Shown here: positions 1 to 12,626 of the stretch, one piece after another
Numbering within the stretch: the stretch's first letter is position 1
Layout: every line of letters starts with the position of its first letter
DNA from: Octopus vulgaris
Taxonomy: Eukaryota
DNA length: 64,000 bases
Assembly (NCBI GenBank): GCA_951406725.2
Contig: OX597831.1
Span: forward strand, 28,148,001-28,212,000
Direction of reading: 5' to 3'
The notes under the pieces: generated by a model
Databases searched by the model: none
Seen by the model: only the letters and a program-made list of their open reading frames with translations
Told to the model about the DNA's origin: nothing
Translations under genes and position numbers: made by a program

Positions 1-504
1 AAGTACACTTGCCCTAAGTACACACCCCAAGTACACTTGCTCAAAGGACAAACACAAAGTACACAAACTCAAAAGTATTTACAGAGACTACAGGAGAGGA
101 GAAAGCTTCTTACTGTTGTTTACTAGATTTTGATTTTGGCCACAAGCCAATAATCCCTTAAGCTTTAATCACTTGGTATCTCGACAACAGCTAAAATGTA
201 ATTGTGTCCAGCAAAAGAAATAATTTATTTGCACAAGAAAAAGGATTTCTTACAACTGATTATAAGATATATCTTGATTGTGCTCCACCTTGCTTATTAC
301 TTTCATTTAGTTGCTGAGGAAATTTCATAATTTAATTGTGCAGTCATGGCTGTGTGGTATGATGATTGCTTCCCCCCAACCACTTGGTTCCTGGTTTAGT
401 GCCGCTCTGTGGTATCACGGGCAAGAATCTCTTTCCCTATAGCCCTGGGCTGTCCAAAGTTTACAAGTAGATTTGGTAAATGGATTCTAAAAGAAGCCTG
501 TTCT

Positions 505-638
505 CTCTCTCTCTCTTTCTCTCTCTGTCTATCTACCTGCATGCCTGCCTGTTTGTCTGTTTTTGCCTGTCTAATAATCTTTCTATCTACCTATCTGTCT
601 GCCTGCCTGCCTGCCTGCCTGTCTGCCTGTCTGTCTGC

Positions 639-706
<68 letters not shown>

Positions 707-725
707 CTACCTGTCTGTCTATCTA

Positions 726-756
<31 letters not shown>

Positions 757-775
757 GCCTGCCTGTCTGTCTGTT

Positions 776-809
<34 letters not shown>

Positions 810-870
810 TTGATCTATCTATCTATAACTGTCTGTCTGTCTGTCTGTCTTTTTATCTATCTGCCTATCT
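505..870. repeat. Compound (TCTG)n/(TCTA)n/(CCTG)n microsatellite
   Basis: Tetranucleotide runs visible directly; they explain ORFs 409..813 and 480..884. Confidence 0.95.
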
Positions 871-879
871 TGATTATCA

Positions 880-1150
880 TATGATAGTTGTAAATGAGTC
901 ACTGTCGCATAGGCAATGTCATTCATTTCCAGTATCCTGAAAGAACATGTGAGACCATGCAGGAAACATTACTTTGCTTGGAAACAAGTGAAGGTTGGTG
1001 TCAGGAAATTAATCATCCATCTGTGGAACATCGGCCTCAACAAATTCCATTGACCCATGCAAGCATGGAAAAGTGGACATTAAGTGATAATGATGATGAC
1101 GATGATGATGATGATGGTGGTGGTGGTGGTGGTGGTGATGATGATGATAA
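880..1150 (+). mobile_element. Retroposon 3' end with (GAT)n tail (recurrent SINE/LINE tail family)
   Basis: acccatgcaagcatggaaaagtggacattaag followed by (GAT)n; related tails at ~12005-12195(-), 14045-14225(-), 45540-45606(+), 52020-52125(+). Confidence 0.6.
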
Positions 1151-1164
1151 AATGTAGCTCAATT

Positions 1165-2380
1165 AACAAAGAAGAGTATTAGCCTTGATGATATGCAGTT
1201 GGGTTTTGTGCCAGGGAAAAGTAGTATGGATGTTCTCTTTCTTGTGAGACAATGTCACGAGAAATATTTGAGTAAAGTAAACCACTATATTTATTATTTG
1301 CTGACCTGGAAGAAGTCTTCTTCAGCAAGGTCTCATGCTTCCTGATTTGCTAGTCACTGAGGAAGTTAGCTGGAGATGAATGGCTTTTGAGAGCCACACA
1401 AGTCATGTACAGAGGTGATGTTAATAAGTAAAGAATTAACAATGAGTACTGTGACAGATTCTGTGTTCAGGAAGGGACCCAGCAGGGCTCAGTTCTCAGT
1501 GCCCTTCTGTTTATTATAGCTGTCCAAGCTATAACAGAGGAGTTTAAAACTGGATGCCTTTAGGAACTGCTATACACTGATGACTGTTCTTTTAGCTGTA
1601 GTTGAATTAGAAAAGAAATTTCAGGGGTTGAAAATAAACTTGAAATTAAAAGGTCTCATAGTAAACTTAGCAAAGATTAATGTTTTAGTGAGTACGAAAA
1701 ACAAGCAGGACTCTGCTTCCACTTAGAAAATGGTCTTGCTTGATATGTAGAAAAGGAGTTAGTCAAAAATCCAGTTGGTGTACTCAGTACAAACTATGAA
1801 CACACAAAGTGTAGTGGTAGAAGGTCAACAGAACAAGTAAACTTCGTATGTGGCAAAAGCACAGGAACAATAAATGCTAAAAATGCATGAGAAGCAAATT
1901 TTCTCAAATGTCCAAGAGGATCGGAGGATGCCCAGTGCTGTCTTAACCCTTTTGATACCAACCTGGCCAAAACCGCCTCTGGCTCTGTAGAACAAATGTC
2001 TTGTTTTCATGAATATTGAATTAAAATCTTCTACCAAACCTTAGTCACAATTTATGTTCCCAACACTAGCTGAACGATAACTAAGTTCTTTTATTAAATT
2101 ATTTGTTGTATTTAAAATTAATTGAATGAAACACAGAGCATCTCAAAATAAATACAGTAACAAAAGGGTTAAGGCATAGGTACCCTGAGCAGTTGTCTAG
2201 GGGCCTCACAGGTCTTGAGCCCAATTCTGGTTCATGTATTCTCTGGTTTACTATCAATAAATAAATACTACAAGGAACCAGTGCATTGATTTGACCATGG
2301 GCTTATAATACCTAAGATGGCCCTAGAGATAGTAGATAGTTTCTGTCACCAAAGGGACCTAATTAGTGATGGAAGATGAT
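1165..2380 (+). pseudogene. Decayed RTE-clade LINE reverse-transcriptase fragment, interrupted by MITEs at ~1933-2325
   Basis: Manual translation gives ISLDDMQLGFVPGKSSMDVLFLVRQCHEKYL, FADLEEVF, GTQQGSVLSALLFIIAVQAITEEFKTGCL*ELLYTDD (YADD-like) and, after the insertion, LEIVDSFC; stops and frameshifts present. Confidence 0.85.
1947..2168. mobile_element. piggyBac-like MITE (TTAA target, CCC...GGG termini)
   Basis: TTAA at 1943-1946 and 2169-2172; TIR cccttttgatac / gtaacaaaaggg with 1 mismatch; related copies at ~15281-15460, ~43741-44360 (interrupted) and ~58925-59090. Confidence 0.8.
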
Positions 2381-2689
2381 GGTTGCCTCTCCATTTCTAG
2401 GTTTTCTGAAGATGTATCATCTTCAACAAAGAGAAACCAAATTTGTCAAGGCAATGGGTATATTTTGATAGTCATATTTGCATATCTACATTTTTATGTC
2501 TCTAGATTAAAATAATGTGGCTTAAGATATGTCTCAATTTGAAGGGTTTGTGTTAAGTTTGAAGGGTTTGAAGGATTTTCATAGGCTTCAAGGTTGTGTC
2601 CCAGTGTCCTGTCCAGCAAGGAAATTTCTCTTGTTTTGGAATATCCCAAAATCTCCCAGAGATGTGTGAAAGACTTAAATTCTATCCAT

Positions 2690-3165
2690 CTTAAATTCCA
2701 ACCATCCCTCCTCCTCCTCCTCCTCCTCCTGGGAGAGTCTTGGAGGTAGAGTCCTTAAGAACTTTCTCCATAGGAACCTACCAGAAGCAGCCTTCATTAT
2801 ACTTTCTGGCTGGATTCCCAAGTGTAACCAACTGAAACGATGGATATTATCCAACCATCTCATGCTTGCACTACCCCTAGGTATCCTGCCAGATGGCTCA
2901 GCTTGAAGAATCTATTTTGCAATTCTTCCCTTTGACATCCTAAACACATGTTTGTATTACCAGAGTTGTGACCTCTCAATACACAGAAGTAGTGGCCCAA
3001 CCTGCAGAGACTCCCTGATCTACAAGCTATGCACCTTGTTGACTAATTTTACCCCAGAGGTCCTTTGGAAGAATCTCATTTCATCCATTTGTATTTGTTA
3101 TCATATTCTTTCACTCATTTCCCAAACTGGCAATGAACCCTAACTTTGCTGTGTACAACTCAGAC
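2690..3165 (-). pseudogene. Decayed RTE-clade (Rex3/Expander-like) LINE ORF C-terminus
   Basis: Minus-strand translation EMRFFQRTSGVKL..IRESLQVGPLLLCIERSQLW..HVFRM..GRIPRGSASMRWLDNI..LGIQPE..LWRKFLRTLPPR, typical of an RTE 3' end. Confidence 0.8.
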
Positions 3166-3167
3166 AC

Positions 3168-3327
3168 AGGTGTGGCTGGGTGGTAAGTAGCTTGCTTACA
3201 AACCACATGGTTCTGGGTTCAGTCCCACTGCGTGGCACCTTGTTCAAGTGTCTTCTACTACAGCCTCAGGCTGACCAAAGCCTTGTGAGTGCATTTGGTA
3301 GACGGAAACTGAAAGTAGCCCGTCGTA

Positions 3328-3366
<39 letters not shown>

Positions 3367-3395
3367 ATGTTTGTGTGCCTGTGTTTGTCCTCCCT
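3168..3395 (+). mobile_element. tRNA-derived SINE family A, 3'-truncated
   Basis: A-box-like tggctgggtgg, B-box-like ggttcagtccc and internal (TA)n; matches many copies in the window. Confidence 0.85.
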
Positions 3396-3619
3396 AATTC
3401 CTTAAACTCAGAATATTTTATTCAATTAATCCATTTTAACCGTAGTTAACCCTGTCGAAATTTTGAAGATAGCTATATAAATAGGGATAACAAATATATA
3501 CAAAAGCGTCACCAAGTACAACTGTCTTCAAACGAGGACAGTGGGTTAATATGGATTAATAAAAGTTTAACGGGGTTTTCTTAGCATTATTTCTTATGAA
3601 TAATGGGTTCAAAATGTGA

Positions 3620-3937
3620 CATTAGAACAGCAATTTCGGGTGAAGGGGTAAGCCTATTACATCGACCCCAGTGTTCAACTGGTACTTCTTTTATCGACCC
3701 CAAAAGGATGAAAAGCAAAAACGACCTCACCGGAATTTGAACCTAGAACGTAAAGCCATTAGAACAGCAATTTCGGGTGAAGAGGTAAGCCTATTACATC
3801 GACCCCAGTGTTTAACTGGTACTTCTTTTATCGACCCCAAAAGGATGAAAAGCAAAAACGACCTCACCGGAATTTGAACTTAGAACGTAAAGACGGACGA
3901 TATTTCGTGCTAACGATTCTGCCAGCTCGTTGCCTTA
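3620..3937 (-). mobile_element. SINE family B with ~137-bp internal tandem duplication
   Basis: attagaacagcaatttcggg...acctcaccggaatttgaac occurs twice (from ~3621 and ~3758); shares the core acatcgaccccagtg..ctggtact..tatcgacccc..aaggatgaaa. Confidence 0.85.
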
Positions 3938-4239
3938 CGTTTAATAAATAATGAATAGTTTACCTTAGCCTTTTCTGACTCTCACCGTTTTAACTTCAGA
4001 ATCTTATTAGAGAAAAAAGTATGTTCATTGTATTTAAGGAGGATTAGCTTCAACAAGTTCTTCATACAATGACCTATATCTATGATAACTTTAATTCGTC
4101 TTGGTTTGCCTTAAAGAAAATATGCTAAGCCGAGCAATAATTATACTCTGCTTTCCCACTTGAATTGAGTTCTTTCTTTTATATGTAACGCATAGAAATG
4201 TTTACTGAGGTATGTTTTGATAATTCCTCTGTATATATA

Positions 4240-4305
<66 letters not shown>

Positions 4306-4760
4306 TGCACGTGCGCACATTTTCAAGTGTAAATATAAATTTATGTATATACATATTAGTAAAAATTGTACACATGTTATCACCTTGGTTATATATATAT
4401 ATATATCTATATATATATGGGTGTGTGTGTGTGTGTTTCCCTTCCTTACATTGCAACAAGTCCACTAACATACTAACAAACACCTCTATTTACTTAACCA
4501 GCCACTCTCAGAAACCGCCCCGAGTAAACTTCAACTCCATATCACTCCCTCCCCACCACACTCTCTCTCTCTTTCAATTTCTATTTCTTTCACTCTTTAA
4601 TTCGCTATCTCTCGGCATATTTCCTTCTCCTTCTCACTCCAATGTAATGTTGTTGTTTTTTCTGCCTGCTTTTCACTTTCTTCTTTTACACTTCCCCCAA
4701 AAAGGACACACGTACACACACACAATCACAGGTAAACACACTCATACATGTACAAATCCT

Positions 4761-4806
<46 letters not shown>

Positions 4807-5377
4807 GAAGAGACAAACCCCTCCATTACTCCTCTATATTTCTCTTCCTAACTATACTTACACCCTTCTTCTCTCTCTGTATCTTTATCTTTCATTTCAC
4901 CCCCAGCTCACACACCTCCACTTAGCATCATTAACATTATTATTAATATGAATATTATTATTAGTAGTAAAAGTGGTGGCGGTGGCGGTGGTGGTTGTAT
5001 TGCTTGTTCTAGCTAATTCTAAGCCGTTTCATGTGGCTTAAGCCATAGGAAAGAGTGTGTAAGAAGCTAGAGATAAATAGCCAAGCTGCTTCTCTTAATC
5101 CTCTCCACTTCTTTGCTTAAGAACGGCTGTTGATTGAGCTACGGGTGATGGTGGTGGCAGTGAAAGAGATTATATACGTGTGTAACTGTGTCCATGTGTG
5201 TGTGTATGTGTGTGCGTATCATGTGTGATATTTGGTAGCATCACATTGGTGTGAAATGCTAATAGGCGAAAGTACTCAATATTCTTAGTACAGTGGAATA
5301 TGCATAAACAAACACACATATGTATGAGTGAATATATGTGTATGCGTGCAAATATAGGTATCATACACTCGAGTGAT

Positions 5378-5409
<32 letters not shown>

Positions 5410-5632
5410 AAAAGCCGTAGAAAAAGAGAAATAGAAATGTGTAGAGATAACGCTTGACAGAAAAAAGAGAATGACAAACAGGGAAACGTGCGCGCGCGCG
5501 CGAAAGAGAGAAAGAGAGAGAGATGAGGGTCTTTGATGCATGTAGTAGAAGTGTTACTGCGTTGGCATATAATACTTGACGGGTTCCCCTCCCAAATGGA
5601 GAGGGTGGGCTTGAACTGTGGTGTGCATGTGC

Positions 5633-6291
<659 letters not shown>

Positions 6292-6649
6292 GTACATACA
6301 CACATACATATATATACGTAAGCATATATTTCTATGTATATATCTTAATGTTTTATTCAACCATACACTGATATGAAAAATATGGCGTCGAAATATCCCA
6401 CGAACAAATAATAATAATATTATTATATCTATTACTGTTGCTGGTGTTTAACAACATTGAAAATCCATGCTTTATTCTCTCGTGAATGAATATATAAAAA
6501 AAATTATAAATATTGTAATGTGCTATCATTGTTACCCTTATGGCAAATAAAGAACCCCCTTGCTTCATCGACCCCTCCTCATCATATATCACCCCTTTGG
6601 TATAATACAAAAAGAATCAATTGTCATTTTGGTTTATTTCTTGTGTGTT

Positions 6650-6866
6650 AAGTGCGATAATTAATTATATCTAACCTTCATGCTCATACCTCTAGCCTTC
6701 GCGGAAGCTTCGATAAGCAGAGGTAGAAGTAGAAGCTAGAAATAGAAGCTAGATATCCTTTGAAAAACTCAGATGCCCTGCCCCATCGTAAGTAAGGAAA
6801 GTGGACACAATTAGATGACGTACCCCCTACTGGGGGCTTACCCAAAGTTTTCGCTCTAACAGCCTT

Positions 6867-6910
<44 letters not shown>

Positions 6911-7667
6911 TGTGTATAATGTAAGTAGGTATAAGCAAGATGCGTAAAGCGCAGCCCACCTTTTCTTCCGACCAGGCCATATCCAACGACCTTAGTGTAA
7001 TAACAAGAGACGTGAAAGGGAAGAAGGAAGGAAGAAACTACGGTGGAAAGCAGAGGCACACACACACACACACACACATGCACTTACGTCACACATGCAC
7101 TTACGCACACACATACACAGTCTCGCACACGCACGCTCGCATATACACATTACAAAAGTACAGCCATATACACATATATATATATAGACACGCACACACA
7201 TACATATACGAACCCATATACACGTTTATTCAAATAAACATGTACACACACAAATGTACATACACACATCTACCTATCTATATGTGTTTGTGGGTTAGCG
7301 TGTGTGTGTGTGTGAGTATGTGAATGAGATAAGAGCAGCAACAGCACAGCTAATACTATTACTACAACGAGCACTTCTACTACCACCACCACTGTGACTA
7401 CTACTATCACCATCACCCTTACTATCACTATGACCACCGCAACCCCCTTCCCGCTAACCGACAACAGCCAGTACTGAAAAAGCGAGAGATCAGAAAACAG
7501 TGTGTAAAGCTGTACCCGATCTCGGGACGTTAGGAGATACTAGTTCGGTAGACACAAATATGAAGGGTTTAAATAGCTGAAGGGGTAATTTAAAGAAACG
7601 AAACCCCATTTGTATTGCGAAAAAAAGGTAGGGGGTCTCCGAACCCCTTTACTAAAAGCAAAAAAAA
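6650..7667 (+). promoter_or_regulatory. Probable promoter / 5' UTR of the WHD gene (CpG-retaining region)
   Basis: CpG is visibly more frequent from ~5.4 to 10.9 kb than in most of the window; CRE-like TGACGTA at ~6816; A-rich context aaaaaaATG; TSS cannot be placed. Confidence 0.45.
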
Positions 7668-7968
7668 ATGCCGCTTTCTCTACGGACGGTAGAGCCAGTC
7701 CGGTTAGGTAAGAGCTTTAGGTGTGGGTCAGCGGATGACGTTACTGACCCTACCGTTTCAAGCCTTATCGTATCCCAGTCTATGGCCAACAGTATTTTGT
7801 CCAGAGCTTTGCTTCAACTGACCAGTTTGGTCAAACATGCTGATGGCATTTTTACCAATCTCACTGACGAATGCCGGAAGGTCTATGATCGGACTAATCG
7901 AATTAACGAACGGATTTTTACCTTAACGAAATGTGTGGAAAATTTAAACCCTAAAAAGGAACCAATTC
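7668..7968 (+). CDS. First coding exon of a WAVE-homology-domain protein, most likely NHS/NHS-like (GUK-holder-like) actin regulator
   Basis: MPLSLRTVEPVRL...ANSILSRALLQLTSLVKHADGIFTNLTDEC...RTNRINERIFTLTKCVENLNPKKEPI fits the WHD pattern (MP..KR.VEP, QL..L..HA..IF..L, LDPK.E); 301 nt = 100 codons + 1 nt, then donor GTAAGT at 7969; whole segment in one exon as in NHS-type genes. WASF/WAVE proper not excluded. Confidence 0.85.
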
Positions 7969-9335
7969 GTAAGTGAAACTTTCACATTCAACACTCCCCA
8001 TCCCTACTACATCCATTATTTTATTTTAATTATCATTTTGTTTTCTTTGATTCAATAATATTTAAAAATTTTTCTATTCTTTTTATGGACCTTAGCATCT
8101 ATCTTTAAAAACCATGTCGAATTTGGTGTACCTTATATATGTATATGTGGCGTGTTTTTGTTATTATTTCAATGATACTAATGTATTTTTTGTAATTTTT
8201 TCATTGATTTTAATGTATAATAACTGCAGTTCTTTGTTATGAGAATCGTAAATAACAACTAAGCTATTTTGTGTTAGAGGTGTTTATTTAATTATTTTGT
8301 TTGTAATAAACAAAATAACTACGCCATATAATTATAAATTACCCACACTCACACACACATACCAGTAATATGCTGCCAGATCTATAAAGTACAACTGTTT
8401 TTCTTCTCCAAAATATCTGACCTTGATTCCCAAGTTAGAAATCACCAAACATTATTATTATTATCATCATGGGGGCCTCTTCATGCTCACCTCTGAAGGT
8501 AACAGGAGTGTACCTTCTTTTATAAACTCCCGAGAATTTCACCAAAGTTTTTTCTCCACCGCTTTCGTGTCGTAATTACTTGTTCCCCCAACTCCTAACT
8601 GCGCCCTGATCGGTGAGGTAGAGGTTGTTCTAGTGTGGACCACCCCATACTTTTTAGGGGTGTGTCTAAAACTAAATATACAATGATAGCATGTTTGCGT
8701 TATTCTAGGGTGATTTGACTGCTATTTCTGCCAGGTCTACTTAGCAGGGAGAAGTAGTTATACTCTGGTCATATAGTTGTTTATATCTGTAGAGTTTTTG
8801 TGTTTAGTTTTCGATGTTATAACTTCATATTTCGTTAAATTCTCATTAACTCCACTGAGATACTGAGTCGTCCGTAACGAGGAGGACGTGCGATCGATTC
8901 CCTTTAGTACTCTAACTTTTCACTCACTTTCGCGTTGCCTCTTTCTATGTTTTCGTCTTTCCATTTTCTCGCCCATGTAATTTGACGGTTAATTAGTTTT
9001 TTCTAGTTAGCTATGTTGAGTCGGGTTATTGTTATTTTTGTTGACTTAAAAACATTCGAGTGATTTCTAGGTCCGCATTTTCTCTCTCTGTCTCACACAT
9101 GCATTCATAAATACGCGCGCGCGAAGCTAAATAAACACGAGATAACCTTTACACGGTCGCTTGACAGTTTAGTGTTGGCCAACCTATTTGAATAAAAAGA
9201 CGGATGGTCACAGCTGGAACGTCTTTATTCATAGATCGGCTCAGTCTTGCCATGACCTGGAGCCAAACATCAACAACGCTCATGAAATCATTAAGTATGC
9301 CTTCAATTAACAGATGTAAGGATCTACAATACAAA

Positions 9336-9630
9336 TCTTTATATATAAAACTAGTTGTGTGAGTGTCTGTCCCTTCGATTTAGATTCCTAACTACTCCCA
9401 CATTTTGCGGTGCAGTTTAACCAAAACTGGGTATCTTATAGTCGTGATTCATATCGAGCCCTTCTGGGTATTAGCGCGCGTCTACGATGAGTCTACGATT
9501 TTAAAAATAATTTACCATCATTTTTTTCCATTTGAATGCATTTTTTTGCTATTTTGTGGCTATAACTCTCTAAAAATGCTGTATAGTTATTTCCCTTACA
9601 AACCCGAGCAACGCCGGGCGATACTGCTAG
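9336..9630 (+). mobile_element. Non-autonomous Helitron (295 bp)
   Basis: A|TCTTTATATATAAAA 5' end, subterminal GC-rich hairpin cccgagcaacgccggg (9603-9618), 3' CTAG|T; inserted between A and T with no TSD. Confidence 0.85.
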
Positions 9631-10928
9631 TAATACATAAAATTTAATTTTGGACGCTATATACCTTTGTGGCATAAACAAGGTGTATACTATCACAAAC
9701 CCGAATGATATTAAAGATATCGGTCATTTATGTATGTATGTATGTATGTATGTATGTATGTATGGATGGATGGATGGATTTATTTATTTATTTAACAGAT
9801 AAATATATTTTTGCGGATCTCACATACATTATTATTTATGAGGCTATGAAGATATATTCATAAATGCTATTTTGGGTGAAATTGAAAAAAAAAAAATAAA
9901 TAAATAAATATCGGTAATTTCAGAGACGAAAATTTTGAAATCGTTTGGAATTAATTATTGATCAATAAATCATTAATTAATCATTACTTTATCATTAACA
10001 AATGTTCTTGTTGATATAGGGTGATGCCTCACACTTGCAGAAATGAGGTAATCTCGACGTAGTCGCTTCGATCTGTCAGAAATAGTAGCCAAATATCCTT
10101 AAAAGCACGCCCTGTTCTTTTAACAAAGAACACGCTGAATTAGTTATTAGTGTCTTGCACATAAGAAGAGGGTGATGGTCACGACTGGAATACCGTTTAT
10201 CAAAAGTTCTGTCCGATCAGGGTTGACCTGGGGCTACACAAAAAATCCCCTTTTATTTTTACACCCCCCTCTCTCTCTCCCTGACTTCTCAAATTGCGGT
10301 AGAATTTCAAAGACACGAAATTGAGAGTTGGTAGGTGTAAAGTAGCTCATGCTGTTTGCTTCTGTGTGTTTTTCGGACCACAGCGCAACCCCAAAAACAC
10401 CATCTTCGGTGATACATCAATGCTATTATGACTTAATAATAATCACATAATGATGGTCACATGTAAGCAGTAATATTGATTTCTTACATAAAAAAAGGTT
10501 CTTTCGGTCATTCTAAAAAGCCACGTAAACAGAAAAAAACCTTTAATTACTTTTAACAAGATGTCGTCTAACGAACGAGTCCCTTGGTGTTTATTCCATC
10601 AACATGCTAGATAGAGATCGTGTTGGGTGCGTTTAGGTGTTTACTGCAAGTCCTCTTAGGTTTTAGTGTGAGAATGTTAAGGCTTAAACTCTCTTATATG
10701 GTGCTTGCTTCCTCCCCTATCGCCTTCTCTCTTTCTCTGAGAAAAAGTCTGTTAGATTATTATGACTCATCACCCAAATCTTGGTCACACCGTCTTGACG
10801 TTTAGTGCTCGTTTCGTGGATATCATAAGATATATAATATAATATAATATGATATAATATAATATAATATAATATAATATATATATATACACACACACAC
10901 ATACATATACATACATGCATATATTTTA

Positions 10929-10991
<63 letters not shown>

Positions 10992-11010
10992 ATATATATA
11001 TATATATCTA

Positions 11011-11069
<59 letters not shown>

Positions 11070-11070
11070 G

Positions 11071-11119
<49 letters not shown>

Positions 11120-11844
11120 ATAAATATATATATAAACACACACGCGTATGTGCGTGTTTGTGTGTGTGTGTTATTAGTATGCATAAATACTATACATGCT
11201 GTGTGTGTGCTTGTATATTTGTTGCCTTTATATATATATATATACATTCGAAAGCGTGTGAGTGTGTGTTCACTTGTGCCTTGTATTTCATGAGACCTAG
11301 ATCGGCTAACCAAGCAAACTTTTTGCGGTTCGGCAAAAGTGACCGATAGAATAAGTATTAGGCTTAAAAAGAGCAAGTCCTGGGGTCGATTTCTTCGACT
11401 AAAAGGTGGTGCTCCAGCATGGCCACAGTCAAATGACTGAAACAAAGTAAATGAGTAAAAGAGTAAAATTCTATAAAACATATATTGGACAAGCTATTCA
11501 TATTGTTTGATCCACTATAACAGTAATTCCAGTGGATTGTTTCTTTATAGATGTCGTAAATAAGAAATAAAAGCCCCCCCCCCAAAAATAAAGAAAAACG
11601 TGATGCATCATGCATGGCAAGAAATTTTGTCTTGCAACACACATACACACACACGTGTGTGTGTTTGTGTTTAGTATGCATAAATATTATACATGCTATG
11701 TGTGTGCTTGTCTATTTGTTGCCTTTATATATACGTTCGAAAACGTGTGATTGTGTGTACACTTGTGCCTTGTATTTAATGAGACCTAGATCGGTTAACC
11801 AAGCAAAGTTTTTGGTCAGGGACTCTTCAGCTCTGTCTGTTTCC

Positions 11845-11985
11845 TATACATATAGTTTTTTTCGTCGAAGAGCGTAGACTCGAAACGTCAAAGATTTTTC
11901 CATTCTTCTCGAGTGTCAAACTAATATACCTTCTTATTGTTCCCTCACCTGTCTTCGTCTTTTGTTTTCTGTAAATTTGAAACCC
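11845..11985 (+). mobile_element. Penelope-like pLTR fragment with degenerate hammerhead motif
   Basis: tcgtcgaa-GAG-cgtaga-CTC-GAAA-cg-TC: stem II and GAAA-N-UH intact, CUGANGA box altered. Confidence 0.45.
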
Positions 11986-12189
11986 CCTCTCTCATATATA
12001 TATATCATCCTTATCATTTAACATCGTTTTCCATGCTGGCAGGGGTTGAACGGTTTGAGAGGATCCATACTGGTTTCTACAGCTGAATAAATACCCTTCC
12101 TAATGCCAAACAGTTTACAGGAGTGTACTGGGTGCCTTTTACATGGCACCAGCATCATGTGGCACCATTGCCATTGCATTTTACGTGAC

Positions 12190-12237
<48 letters not shown>

Positions 12238-12397
12238 ATAATATAATGTGTGTGTACATGTATATATGTATTCATTACATGACGTGACTTCTATGAATAT
12301 CTGTCAGAAATACATTGGCGTCTAGAGGTAGATTGAATTTGTTTCCAATTACCTCATCCAATTAGTTGTATGTGTATTCATGTTACTATCTGTGTAT

Positions 12398-12455
12398 ATT
12401 CCACTGATGAGGCAAAGCATTTCTTGTGCAAAGCCAGAAATCCGGGATCTGGAAT
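12398..12455 (+). ncRNA. Type I hammerhead-ribozyme-like motif
   Basis: stem I attcca/tggaat, CTGATGA 12404-12410, stem II ggc...gcc, one extra A, GAAA 12437-12440, short stem III tccggga, cleavage triplet ATC. Confidence 0.55.
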
Positions 12456-12588
12456 TATCCAGTAACTTTTTGCTAGTTCATCTTGTCATTTTGCCTTCTA
12501 TCCTGGTGCTGTATGAACATTTAATGTGGTTTTAGAGTCAAGTTTTGGCTGCTATTTCAAGCGTGGAGGTATCTCTTAGATACCCTAA

Positions 12589-12626
<38 letters not shown>

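Noticed and set aside
409-884. 134-aa ORFs with LSIY/CLSV repeats
   Set aside because: Translations of (TCTA)n/(TCTG)n microsatellite; the same applies to the many YI, HT, CV, ER and LS ORFs across the window
7969-7976. Unspliced end of the 102-aa ORF (RK*)
   Set aside because: The last codons overlap the GTAAGT donor; the protein most likely continues in a downstream exon
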